Shown here one piece after another: positions 24,434 to 37,160 of a DNA stretch of 64,000 bases. Origin of the DNA: Dicyema japonicum (taxonomy: Eukaryota > Animalia > Dicyemida); assembly GCA_011109175.1 (NCBI GenBank), contig RDEW01000015.1:452310-516309 (forward strand). Reading direction: 5' to 3'. Both the position numbers and the translations under genes were made by a program. Position 1 is the stretch's first letter. Every line of letters begins with the position of its first letter. A model generated the notes under the pieces. The model worked only from the letters and a program-made list of their open reading frames with translations, did not search any database and was not told the DNA's origin.

Positions 24434-27400
24434 ATGATATTTACAGCTTTATTCGCTTACATTTTATTCGTCACCGGTACGAAATACACGTGCAACAACG
24501 ACGCCTCTGTTTGTTATTCACTCCATGAACTCTTGGTTACGTTCGACCAAGCAAAATCAATTTGTCATCAGAGGAATGGGACCATCCTTTTGATAAAGAA
24601 CGAACAAGAAACCAAATTTTTGAAAGGTCTCTTGTTTTTATACTTCAGAGAGCTTCAAAGTGAACACAGTATTCTTCCTCGCAGTGATCAAGAAAGGATC
24701 CAGTAAGAATTTCCTGACGTTAAATAATGATAATTTGGTATGCTTTTCCAGTAAATGTTAGAAATACACAAAATGGAAAATATTTGAGCCAAAATTTTAT
24801 AGCCACACTCAGTGTGTGGAGTCTCAGTTACCTGATGGGTATTGGGGACTGTGGGCTGCAATCACAAAAGGAATTTTATTTGTGAATATAAAAGTATCTT
24901 ATATTACAATTTTAGACACAATTTGTGACGACAGGACATTCAAGTGCTACACGATAAAGCACGAAAGCGTAGATTTTGAAGAAGCCAAGAAAGGCTGTAT
25001 GAAGGAAAATGGGAGACTTTTGGAAATTACGAAAAACTATGAAAATTCGATCATCAAAGGTAATGGCTCACCATAATTGCAGATTACCTACAAAACACGA
25101 TATTTGGACGGAAGAATCTGTGGATGGGCCTTTACAAGGAGCTATACAGTCTTACGTGGAAGTATCTCAGTGGGAAGCAACTAGTTGGCTCAGTAACTTA
25201 CGATTAAGAACTTCTTCAGTTGGAATGAATTCAATTATAGACCGAGTCGAAAGTGTGGATTATTACTCAGTTCCCAGATTTGGGGGTATGACAACTGTTT
25301 AATGAGAAACGAGTACATTTGTGAAACCCCACGTATAATCTAAAAGTCACGGTTAGATAGAGAAAACTGCATAAACGACAAATGCTTCATTTTCAAACAT
25401 CAGAAAGTGACGTACTCCGAAGCATTGGTGTCTTGTCGGTCCTTCGGCGGGAAAATTCTGGAGCGAAATAAGCTCACCGAGGCCGTTAAAAGATTGGCAT
25501 CTCGTAAGGGTACAAGTAAATTTAGGCAACTTCAAATTCGCGGCAAACCCCACAATTTGGCTTAATTCCGAAAATGTGGGATAAAATTTAATTTTTAGAA
25601 TAAAATTTGTCTAACATTTTTGAATGACCGAGTTACTGAGACACCCTGTGATTCCATTGCTTCTTCAATTTGTCTAATTGAAGGTAGTTGGCACAATAAA
25701 TTCAGAATCTCCTCCATGCACTGATTCTGAATGTTACTCGTATGGAAACTCAGTGAAGAACTCATTCATGGCTAATTACTTATGCGATTATATGGGACAA
25801 ACTCTTGTAGAATTTTCGGACATGAATGACCCCAAGATAAAAGGTGGTATCCTCTAGCCAATGCCATAGAGCTTCGAAGAATACAGGGGATTAATCCAAA
25901 CGACTATATGTGGGTTAAAACTGGGGTACTTTGATTTAAACAAAAATTCAGGATGAGAAAAAATGCAAAGTATACCACAAGGGCCGTCTAATGGAGGAAA
26001 ATTGTCGCACCCCCCATAATTTCATCTGCAGGAATAAAAAAAGTAACAATATTTCACACATCAAGAAACCATTTCCTTAAAGAAATACTATTTTGCTTAT
26101 CGCTCTGGAATTCTCTTCTTTGTGTGGACTCTCTCCCAAGAACTTACCCCCGACCATACTTTGGAGATTAGCTACAAAATAGGAAATGAATCTGAAGTTC
26201 GTGAGGTTAGTCTACTTTAGAAAATCTACTATTTGTCGTGGAATACCAAGAAATTTGGAATGAAGCTTATTCACTTCAATACTGAGATAACCTACAAAAT
26301 TACAGTATTATTGGAGTTTGAGGAAGTCATTTCTTTCGAAGTTACAGAATTGATTCCGAGAAAAGGTCCCCTTAATTTTTATTGGAAGAATTGTTCCAGA
26401 TTGACGAAGAAATCACTTTGTTGGCAACCGGGAACATTGGAGTCAACATTAAAGACATAAAGAGGAGATACTCCATCAAACTAAAGAACTTGATGTCCCG
26501 CCAAGTATTATGTAAAATCCACCAGATTTTCATCACCAAACTTGATGGGATGAGCAGTACCCAATACCACACAATCAAGGCAGATACCGACAATTACAGA
26601 TACTCACTGCAGTTTGTTCGTTAATAGGAATTTTCAAAATTTATAAGACCAAAATACCGGTCAACCAGCATGAAAAATGTAGACTTTGGTGCTGATTTAT
26701 TAGGCGAAATCAAAAAACTGGTATTACGACCTAACGAAATTGCGCCCACGTGGCATTTCTCAGAAATGTATAACGCGGCTAGTGTATATTCCGTTTTAAT
26801 CAACAAAATTACAAAATACGTTTAAATTGTGATAATTTCAGAATATTAAGCAAAATGTTCGCTTAGTGGAGACCTCCTCCGGGATCGTGAATAATTCGCT
26901 TTCGGGGAAGGGCCTGTACTCAATTTTTCTTCTGCTGAAGACCACGGGTAAAGCGAATACGTATTATCAGTCAAAATCACTGGACTTTGAGTACATCGAG
27001 TCGAGTATGTCTAAACTTTTATTTCCAGTAAAAATCACTAACGTGAAGGTAATCAACCGAATACAATAAAAACTTGTTTTAGTTTTGAGGCGAAACAATC
27101 CAAATATGAGATCACGTTTGTTATGAGAGACACAGAAAAGGTTTTTTTTGAAATTGAGTCCAGAATACTGAGATTGTGAGAACTGCGAAGGCTGCAAGTC
27201 TTTTAATGTCAATAACGTGACAATCGGATCCAAGTATATAATCTTCGTGAAAGCCACAATGTCAAATGTTGAATATGTGAGTGAAAAAGTGGTACTGAAT
27301 TATCAAAAGCCAGGTGATTTGAGTTCACAATTTTAGTCGGAATCCCGGGGATGACTATTTTCGACGGTAAATTGGAAATCAACCTGACCAGTGTCGTGAA

Positions 27401-30400
27401 ATCGACAGGACAAATTCTGATAGTTAAAATTATGGATGGCAAAAATACCGTCGAAATAAACCGTAATTTTTAGTTCAAGGAAGTAAACGTCACCTCCTAT
27501 ATTGGGAAGACTTTCACCGTTGGGGGAATGGAGCCTGATAAAACATACGTCGTCAAATTCATCGTAGTGAAGGGAGTTACCGTAATTCAATCCACCAAAA
27601 TATTTAAAACTACCGTGGAATGTAGAAACTCACCTAATTTTCCCAGACTGTGATGAAATCGACATTGACGTGAGCACCAAAGGCTTCATAAACATCGACG
27701 TTGGGAAAACCGAGGGAGTAAAACTGTGGACTATTTACATAACAAGCACAGTCACCAAAGAAGTAGAGTTGGTTGTCAAGTTTTAGACGACTGAAATCAT
27801 CGTTTCTGACCCAACTTTGACAAAGTTTAAGTTCGATAAGTCCGGGATATTCTCAATCAAAATAAAAGTGACCTTGACTACCGGAGTAACATATATCATC
27901 ACGAAAAATACAATTGTGGTCCCCAAACGTATTCTTATTTTATAATTAAGCTGAAATTATATTCACTCCCCCGGTTATTGATGCTGGAACTAATTACCCG
28001 ACTATCCACGTGCCTAAATTTGAGTTGCCTCCGAATACGAGCATTCTTATTCGCTACACCGACATTCTGACAAATAAAGTACATGTGACTCAGATAGAGT
28101 AGACCACTCAATCTCTTGTTCCGACTAACAAGATTGGAAAAATTATAGAAATGCCTGAAATGACCCCCTCGAAGACATACATTGTATCGATACTCTCGAT
28201 TTGTTATGGAGTAACACGACATTGTTAACATCAAAGTTTGATTTAACCCCCAAAAGTAAGATGAGGTTATTATTTTCAAGAAATCGATAAATTCATCATG
28301 AATTTCAATTCCATCAAGTATTTTCCGCACACTCAAATGACGGAAATATTTTGGACTTCTTCCCATCCTTCAGCCATCGGAGTTTATCATTTGAGCGTCA
28401 CAGATACTAAGGTTTGGTTCACAACCCTTAAAATCCGCAGACCAACAAAAAAACAACCATCCTTGTGGATGCTAAAAAGGAAAATTTTGTCATAGACAAC
28501 TTACAACTCGGGGGACATATTTGTTGAAACTGATGTTCACTGACAAATACAAAAGAGTATACTCCTCGGAAGAGAAAACTGTTAGGATAATAAGAAACTC
28601 AAGTACACGTGAGTTGTTAAGTAAAATAGTTGACTTGAAGGAGATCATTTCATTTGAAGGCGGAATCGAAGTGATCTTGAATTCGCTGGTCCCCAACTCT
28701 GAATACATGGTTATGCTTTGGATATCCACCAAAAATGTATATTGCGGTTGAATATTCAGAAAATCCAACCGATCCATTTTGACATCAAAACATTCGTAGA
28801 GAATTCTAAAAACCTTAAAATCGAGAAATTACGGGGGAGCGAATATTACTTGAAAATCATTGCGAAGCAGGATAAAACCGTATCTTATATTTCTGACACC
28901 TTTTTCGTTAAAATTATCTCGAAAGGTTCATTTTCCGTCATTGCTTAAGATTTCCTGAGCTCTGTCAAAGTCTATGAGAACAAAATGATGGAATGCGACT
29001 TCGATCGGAGCTTTTCCGCGGGGACCATTTTCTCAGCCTACATTTTGGAGGAAAAAATTAAAGTCAAATATTTTAGAACTTATTTCAGGGTTTGATAGCA
29101 CAGAAAAAAATTGAGAAGGAAGAGAATAAATTCAAATTCGATTTGAACATCAAATCTTCATTGCCGATACAAATCGAGATTGTTTCAGGAAAAATAAAGG
29201 TACGGCCACGTCAAATATTCATCCACCGGACTGCCGAGAATTGTAGACTCTAAAAATATTTCAGGGATTCGACAAATCACAATAAACAGTGTTGGAATGG
29301 CTAGCTCGGATTATGATAGCAAAATCGAGGATGAGAGCTTCTCCGTCTTTGCAGAGGTTACAGACGAAAATGTAAGGAAGCAAGTAATTTTAGAACAAAT
29401 CTTTTATCGCTGAGAACTTCCAGGGAGACATACAGGAAATAAAGCCCAACCTCCGCTACAAAATTAGAATCGGGACCTCGGATAAGGAAATCACATATTA
29501 TAGCGAAACTCAGAACGTTTATTATCCGGCAATACCCGGTACGTTGGATATTACTATGGAATAGCTCTTTCCAAGGTTTCACTCTCGTTTGATGATTATC
29601 TGATATTCACGCCCATGTTTGGAGAAAAAAAGTCTGGGGAATTTTATGTGAGGATTTATTCCTCAGCAAAGGAGGTTCAAGACTCGTTTATTAAAGCTAA
29701 TAAATAAATTCTCCTACAACGGTGAACTGAAAGAAATTACGGAGGATCGAATGGACATGAAAGACGGGGTCTACTATATTGAGCTTTGCTTCCGAGAAGA
29801 TAACGTTCTGATTTGTGGGGACCGTGAGATTTTGTCTGTGAATAACAGTAAAATTGGAAAATAATACTTAGATCTTAAAATTCAATCGCTGAGAGTGTTG
29901 GAAGACAAAGTCGAAGGAACGTGGGTTTCCAATCCGAAAATGGAAAAATATCTCTGCTGGCGAAGATTAACAACGAAATTGTACCTTTCATTCTGACTTT
30001 CGTTTCATTTAGAAAAAGTTTGAAATAAGCGAAAACAAGTTTTCCGTTGACTACGATAAAACCTGTGATCTCAGACTGGTGGCCAAAGTTAATGGTATAC
30101 ATTACGCAAGCAGTGCCTTCAAAGTCATCCCGGATTCTTTCAGTAGTTCTGTAATGCTATCTTAGATGTGGAAATCGAAAGCCTTAAGTATAGCAACCAG
30201 AGAATATTCGTCCAACTGGACAAGGAAACCATACATGAAAATTGGAAGGTGTTCATCTCCCTGTATGATGGGAATGCGAAGGTAACCGTGTTTAGTCATT
30301 AAAGCTAATAAGCACCTTGTCTCCACCAATAAATAAACCGGAGGTCACATTCACGATCATTTTACCCGAGAAAGTATCGCTTGTAGTGAGCATCGTCGAT

Positions 30401-32703
30401 GGAATAGCAAAATACGATCAAATTCCGATTAAACTAAAGGCTAACATATCAGATGGTGGATATTTAATTTTACGCTAGAATTGGATATAATCAAACGATT
30501 GGTGATTTGCAACGACGGATACGTAAGTGTTTGGTTTACTGAGAAAAAATTGTCGATTTTCAAACAAATTAAGCTTTCGATTTTCGATTATAAAGACAAA
30601 AATAATGTTAACGTGATTTCGTGACTCATTGCAGGAAATCAGCACGCTTTTTGTGGGAAACTCTACCAAAAAGCATTTCACATTTGAGCACGTGCTTGAG
30701 AATGGATACTACGATCTGAAATTGTTTTTTATGAACAAAATCGTTGAATATGAAGGAAAGTCTTACACTTTTATCGTAAAATCGCTGAGTAACCGATTTT
30801 TGTGATAAAATAGATTTGACGACCCCCACGATTGAAGTGAAGAGCGACGGGACAATATTTATTATCTCGTCAATCTTGGAGAAGCACCACGTGGTATTTT
30901 CAAAGGTAGAAGACAAGGAGCAGTCGGTATTCTTAATCTGAATATTTGAAGGAGTTGAAACATGTCGAAATTAAGGACAACAACGGAAGAAGATATGTTA
31001 CCAAGTTAATGACGGGGGAGACATACAAAATGTGGACTGAGTTAATGATCAACCCCAAAACGTACCTTTCCTCAAAATACGAGCTCGTGTCAATTTACGA
31101 AAAAGATGAAATCAATAAATGTGCTACTCGCACTAATCCTTAGACTTTGGGATCAACGGAATAGTCATCGACCCATCGAAAAATGTGCAAGTCAAGTGGT
31201 ACCACGTTGAAGACTTCGCCGAGGAATATTACCTGAATGTTTATGACTTTGCCACCAAACAGGTAGTTTAAGCGATAATCCAAGTCGACTTTATTTAAAA
31301 TCGAGGGGGACAGTCCCCTACCTACGATTGCCGCCAAATACTTCAAGAATCTACAAAAATACAGTCTCTCAGTGTTCGTCAAGACTGGACATAACTTGTA
31401 TTACTATTCCATCGAGAAGGAGTTTACCTACAATTCGGAGAGTAAGTTGGGGTGATATTTTCAGTGGAGATCTCTTTCACCCTTGAAACGGATAAGAAAA
31501 AGGGCTCAATCATAGTCTCTTGGACAAAGATCACTCAGGTCTCCTCAATCAGCATTATAATCGAAAATAAGAACGAGCAGAAGGTACAGACTCATCTTTA
31601 TAGCATCAGAAAGTCCACAAGGTCACTAATGTGGGGTCAAGCAAATATTCCGTTAATGGACTCCCCCAGGGGGAACCATATACCATTCACATTGTAATCG
31701 TTGACAAGAATGGGGTCGAATATATCTCTGAGAGAAAGACGATCATGCTGAATGTGATTGGTTCTGCTTCATAGACACATTTAGTCACAAAAATCAGCGG
31801 ATTTAGAGTGGCAGCCGCGATGCGCGAATATGATGACATTCCAACGCTCATTTGGTCCTCACTGGGGAGAAATTGGAAGTATTTCATCGAAATAAAAGAA
31901 ATTGGAGGACCTTTTAAGGTTTATTGGGGGACTTAGTTTGTAGAAAGAATTTGAGGTCTTCGGAAATAAGTATGAATTCAACAATATGGTGAATGACAAA
32001 ACCTACGAGATTACACTCATTGCTAAACTCAGTTCCTTCATAATCAGAGCGAACCCGATCATCTACCTTTACCAGAAGCCAATTGGTTGTCTTAAATGCT
32101 GAGTATCCCCCACTAGATGTCGGAATAATCGAACCAAAGGTGTATACTAACAAAATTGTGATCGACTGGAAAACGACCGTTGATTATCAGTCGACTCAGC
32201 TAACCATAACAGATTTTTCGAACAACATTGTCTCCCTTAAATTGATATTTTAGATATTTGACAAGGAAGTGAAGAAATATCCGATAACTCTGAGCACTGA
32301 CCTGTTTGATGAGGGATTCTACATCTTAAGTATGAGCTACGTCTCATCAACTGGACTCCTGAAGCAGTTAGAACCCTTATTCCTCGATATAACAATAATA
32401 GGTTCTATTTCCGCTAAATTATAGAAAAATCCGCCAAGACTGATATCACGGAAACCAGTCGTAATATCGCAGCAGGAAACTCGGTTACCCTGAGATGCGA
32501 AGTCTCGGCTGGCGGTTTTTTTAAGTAGTAAGTTTGTAGATGTCTCGTGGTCTATGATGGAGAAGGAATTATCTGATAATGTTGAAATTAAATCGAATCT
32601 CCTTACAATAAAAAGAATGGGAGTTGATAATGAGGGGACATATATATGCACCAATAAACAAACAAATCAAAAACTAAAATTCCCGATTTCATTAATGAAC
32701 TAA
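24434..32703 (+). CDS. Large secreted protein: signal peptide, ~4 C-type lectin domains, many FN3-like repeats, C-terminal Ig domain
   Basis: MIFTALFAYILFVTG. CTLD motifs CY...TFDQAKSIC..NG.L, LWMGL, C...NEYICE. FN3-like F-strand motifs MEPDKTYVVKF, LVPNSEYMVMLW, LMTGETYKMW and SIIVSW. Ig VTLRCEV..VSW..LLTI..DNEGTYIC. Dozens of 21-27 nt introns. Continuity was checked only at some junctions, so it could be more than one gene. Confidence 0.7.
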
Positions 32704-33178
32704 TTTAACAACTATTTATGTTGTTCTGCTAACAAATACTGTGGTTTTGGCGATTATTAGCAACATATTTTGTAAAACTTAGAAATACCTGAGAGAGGCT
32801 TTGTCCAACTCCCCCAATCGATTGGGATATAGCCTTCCCAAGCATCACGTCCATCTATATCTCCTCCACTGGAGTATGGAAGTAAGGGATCCTTGGGGGC
32901 CAAGCATTAGGAATCTCCTAAGTTAAGTGGACCCAATTACGCTTCTTAAGAATTGAAGCCACAGCTAAATGCGACACTAACGACGGTATTTAGCCACACA
33001 ACACTGCTGGTACCAGCATGTATTGGTCATTATCCTATACGTGCTGCTTCTGAATGATCGTCCTTTAAGTTTTTCAAGTGGAAATGTTGTGTTACATCGT
33101 CAGATTAACCACTTGTTATTTTTTTGTTAATTTTAAAGTTTTTGACCAAAAAGATTTGTGTTAGAAAACCCACTTGAC

Positions 33179-34424
33179 CAGAGGGTGTCAAAACTTATTT
33201 CGCTTCAAAGGCCGCATTTATAATAATTTCTCATAAAGGAAATATTAGTTCTGATATATTATTTTTTAAATATATTTATTTATAACAAAAATAAGAAAAC
33301 AAAATTATTTAATCACGACACTTTTATTTGAGTGAGACCTACTTCCAAAAGATTTTTGATATTTCTGGCTCAGCTATTCTTGCAGTTCCGAATTTTGTAA
33401 AGCGAGTAAATTTTCACCAGTGAGTCTTGTTTTAGAATCTGATTGGATTTCATAGTTCCATTTGTAAGCTTTCATCTCCATTTGAAACATTAAAAGAGAA
33501 TGGTGCTGTGCATAAGGAAATTGTTGTTCATAAGACGAGAAGTCATTAAATCTTTCTTTAAATTCCTTTAACAACGTTTCTAGTTCATATTTGGAAAAAT
33601 TCATTACAGTATGGAAATTAATCCAGAACTCCAAATCTAACCGCAGGAAAAGGACTGGTATGGACACCGGGATCACTTATTTAGACAATGATTTTTATCC
33701 TCTTTCTCGTGATTTCGGAGTTAATAAATTACTGTATGTGCACCAACAGTACTCCTGAGCTCTTTGCACGTAGGAAAATGTTCAGCAACAGTGTTTCTGG
33801 TTAATGAAAATCTTTTTAAAAAAAAGTGGCCTTGTCTGGAAAAATAATTTTTGCTGTTTAGGGCATTTCCATATGATATCACCATCGCAATATGATTTTC
33901 CATTCATTGGAAGCATTCTGCTGATTTCATAGCTTTCAGTAACTGATGCAGTACTTCGATTATTATTTTTTGAAACGAGTCTGTAACGCAGTTAAATTTT
34001 TTCCAATTTATTTAGCTTTGAAACACGCATTCGACCTTCTTGGTTAATAAGCAACTTAATACTTTCGAAATAATTGTATGATCGATGATTAGACTGGTAA
34101 TGCCTTGTTAGGTTGTATTATTTCGGTATAGCAATAAATTGGTTTACTTATCAATGTAATTTTTCCAGACCAATTGTTGTACAAAAATAGACAAGTTCCC
34201 ATTTATCTTGAAACACTCTACGCTCATTGTTCAAAAACCGTTTCATAGTTCCTGAAGAAGAACGTGACAAACATCACGTTATTATTAATGACAAACAAGA
34301 TTTACAAATACTATTTTAAAATATTAATTAAATGTAAAAATAACAAAATTATTTTTTTGTGTTTTATAGCCATTAAATCTGGCCGCACTTATGCTTGTCA
34401 AGGTCCGCATGTTTGACACCCCTA
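33179..34424 (-). mobile_element. hAT transposon (GTF2IRD2/Buster-like), internally deleted, with TIRs and an 8-bp TSD
   Basis: Ends CAGAGGGTGTCAAAAC and GTTTGACACCCCTA. Exact TSD CACTTGAC at 33171-33178 and 34425-34432. Transposase remnant HFPTCKEL...LLKEFKERFNDF...FQME...IQSDSK on the minus strand. Confidence 0.92.
33614..33727 (+). repeat. Short dispersed repeat T, copy 3, inserted in the hAT transposase
   Basis: Flanked by an 11-bp near-identical duplication, ATTACAGTATG (33603-33613) and ATTACTGTATG (33728-33738). Confidence 0.85.
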
Positions 34425-34775
34425 CACTTGACAGAGAAGATGCCAAGAGGCATGATAGCGTGTCATTAAGACAAGGTAGGTGCCTTGCTTGGGACTCAAG
34501 GTGAACAGATACTTTCTTAAGCGCCGATCTGCTCGATTAATCACTGTGCGTAGGATCTTCAGCGAGTACTGCTTAAGATAATAAAAAGAGAAAATACAGT
34601 AGGATTGTGGCTCGGTCGCCTCCCAGCAATCGCTGTTGAAACGTCTAACGTGGTTGGAATCAGCACGGCAAAGTTTATCAGGGTGATGGATCGGTTGCTG
34701 GACTGGGGAAGGAGGGTAAACTCGCGTTGCGTGTTCAGTGCTTGCAGGTCATAATAGAGATCTTATTCTTATACT

Positions 34776-34886
34776 AAAATTAACTGTATTACCCAATTTA
34801 TAAGAAAAAAAAGACAAAATAAAAAAATGAGTCAAAAATTAACTGTATACCCAATTTATATAAAAAAACAAAATAAAAAAATGAGT
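34776..34886. repeat. Tandem duplication of a ~58-nt AT-rich unit
   Basis: AAAATTAACTGTAT(T)ACCCAATTTATA...AAAATAAAAAAATGAGT occurs twice. Confidence 0.85.
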
Positions 34887-34983
34887 TTTCGATGATAGTC
34901 TTTATACTTAGTATGATTTTGAAGGTTGCACATTATTTGATTTATGTAAAAAAGCTATCAAAAAATAAACGATTTTTGAAAAA

Positions 34984-35065
34984 TAGCAACAGTGGGATTC
35001 GAACCCACGAGGACATAGTCCAACGCATCTTGAGTGCGCCGCCTTAACCACTCGGCCATGTTGCC
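34984..35065 (-). tRNA. trnL-CAA: tRNA-Leu(CAA), intronless
   Basis: GGCAACA/TGTTGCT acceptor stem, TGGCCGAGTGGTTAAGGC D-arm, GCGCA-CTCAAGA-TGCGT anticodon arm, GGAC/GTCC variable arm, GTGGG-TTCGAAT-CCCAC T-arm, T5 terminator directly after. Confidence 0.97.
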
Positions 35066-35169
35066 TTTTAAATTGATAAGGTATGGTGATCAATCAGAGC
35101 ATGTTAATTTTTAAATAAATAAATTCGTTAAACTAACTAAACACATCTTTCAATTAAGTTTGGCTGTTG

Positions 35170-35430
35170 TTGCTCTCAAAATCGAGAACGCTTCTACTCA
35201 TCTACGATGCCAAAAGGGTTTGACGAGTGACGCCGTCATCAGTGAATACTCACTTCGGAACTAGATTGTCTAGTAAGGACCCACACAAAAGAAAAAAGAA
35301 AAGAAGTGAAGACCATTTCTTTGTTCTACGATTAGTTAAAATTAACTGTTCTCTACTTAAATAAAGTGTTTGTCCTGCCTATGCGGAGCTATAAATATTA
35401 TGGCTCTCGTGAAAAGGCTTTATTATTTTC
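35170..35430 (+). mobile_element. RTE-clade 3' end fragment
   Basis: GCTATAAATATTATGGCTCTCGTGAAA tail is near-identical to the RTE 3' end at ~42015-42060 (minus). Related copy at 46200-46430. Confidence 0.7.
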
Positions 35431-35649
35431 ATTGATGATTTGTAAGTAAATTCGCTCAATAAGCAGTTTTTTGCTTATCCATTTCCTCTTCCCGATAAAC
35501 AATCTAATGCGGTTATATGGGGTTAGTCGTTTGCTTTCAATAATTTCTGATGTTTTGGTTCAAAAATTTACTTTCGTATTTCTTATTCTTAAGGATCTTT
35601 CCCCATAAGCTCCTTAATATGTAGGCAGTCTATGCCAGTACTGCTGCTT

Positions 35650-36250
35650 CGTGGGAATGATGAAATAATGGATCATATATCACCAACGGTTGTCGTCAAA
35701 TGCGGAATATCCATCTCAATTATCGTCTCGCGTAGATCTACTGAGACGGGCGGACGTTTTTGAATAATCTGTTTGGGATCCCCCTTGCTGGTAAAAGAAC
35801 TTTGTCGTTGATGGAGATTGTACATAGCGTTTCCCGAATGTCTCTGACCATATCTCCACATAGATCTTGCTCGTTGTTCTAGAATCTGGACGATGAGAGT
35901 GTATGATCGGCAATCGACGACTTCTAAGTGTAGTCTCGAGGTCAACAGTTTTGTATTAGAGCATTTTTTAAGTCCTAGACAGAAGACAGATTGGAAGAGG
36001 ACTCCTTCAGTTGACTGTAATTCAAAGGATGAAGGTCGTGACCAATTTGACAGATTGTGAAGTCTTTGCGTTAGCTTATAGCAACCTAGGCTTCCAAAGT
36101 TTGGCCAATGAGAGCACTGAATACCGACTTTCCTCTTGTTTGTTTGGCACAAATTAGATAGGGAAAAGACGTTCGGGAGGTTTGGTCTCTTGTGTCCCTT
36201 ATTTCATTAAGTTTCAGAATTTTATTCCGAGACTCAAAAGCGACTCACTC
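35650..36250 (-). mobile_element. Penelope-like element 3' relic (GIY-YIG region)
   Basis: SKIYVEIWSETFGKRYVQ resembles xxYVGQTGRxFxxRyxEH, and QIIQK...DLRETIIEM resembles the GIY-YIG C-terminus. Degenerate. Confidence 0.45.
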
Positions 36251-36500
36251 ACCCAACTCAATACCAAAGGCGGTTTGTAATATTTATAAGCTCGTGAGTT
36301 ACCCCCGTGATTAAAAGAAAGCCATTGGGCCATTTTGGGTTCACCTTTTTGTGTTTTTGCGAGTTACAAATTGTTTCGGCAAACAGTATAGTGCTAAGGA
36401 CAAACATTTTTGACGCTTCCACATAAATCGGTTGTAAGAAAACCAATTTTCTTAATATCTAAGGATAGAAACTTAAAATATCATAAGTCCTTAAATTTTA

Positions 36501-36720
36501 GGCAGATTTTGATTCATCGGTCTCAGGTGACTCCAGTGCCAGGAAGGCACGAAAAGGACCCACTCCCCAGCTGCAAGGACTGGATGCTCTCTTCCTTTCC
36601 GTTGGTTCTGGGTAAACTTATGTGTGATATTAGAAGGTTTCTCTGTTTCTGTTACTGCGGGAGTTGGATACATTTAGTTGTGAACTATTAACTTCTTTCC
36701 TGGTAGATGTCGGTGATGTT
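36501..36720 (+). repeat. Structured short-repeat family, copy D (HDV-like fold plus T-like tail, diverged)
   Basis: AGGTGACTCCAGTGCCAGGAAGGCACGAAAAGGAC and CTCTGTTTCTGT..TGGATACA.TTAGTTGT..TTAACTTCTTTC are collinear with copy A at 51219-51538. Confidence 0.75.
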
Positions 36721-36749
36721 GTACTGGAGATCCTGTCACAGTTATTCAA

Positions 36750-37160
36750 AAATTATCCAACAAATTTGTCCCTGTTAGAGATAGACATTCCCAGGGAGCT
36801 GCAAAAACCACCTTCGTTTTAAAGTGTTTCCGATATCTTTGAAGACCTTTAACCATTCTTCCAATCGTCCCAGAGGTTTCTAAGGCGATTGGGAGGAAGT
36901 GGATATGATCTCCTAGGATCGAGTAAAGAAACGTGAAATTAACGTTAACAGTTGACAAATGGCAGGTATGACTCGATAGCACGGATATCACGACGAAATT
37001 ATCGTAAAGTTCATGTATCCGATCGCATTAAGGAGGAAGGGGAGGTTATTTTTACGACGAGGAAATGGAGACATATATTTTCTAGAGCTATGGCATAGTT
37101 AAGAAGAGGTACGCCATCGCCTCAACATTCATGGCAATTAACCACAAGGCTATCTGGTAC
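36750..37160 (-). mobile_element. CRE-clade C-terminal fragment
   Basis: HIHFLPIALETSGTIG motif. Confidence 0.6.

Larger units (their letters stand above)
32780..34770 (+). mobile_element. CRE-clade 3' fragment split by a hAT insertion
   Basis: Removing 33179-34432 restores VLENPLD|REDAKRHDS (cf. LEPxGLDRxDGKRPDG), followed by RQGRCLAWD, DNKKRKYS and PAIAVETS. Confidence 0.75.

Noticed and set aside
34908-35093. 61-aa ORF
   Set aside because: It is a translation of the tRNA-Leu gene.
35220-35255. Hammerhead-like CTGATGA...AAAC on the minus strand (similar strings near 38850 and 46260)
   Set aside because: Stem II does not close, G12 is missing and there is no stem III or cleavage triplet. 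The segment is part of an RTE 3' end remnant.
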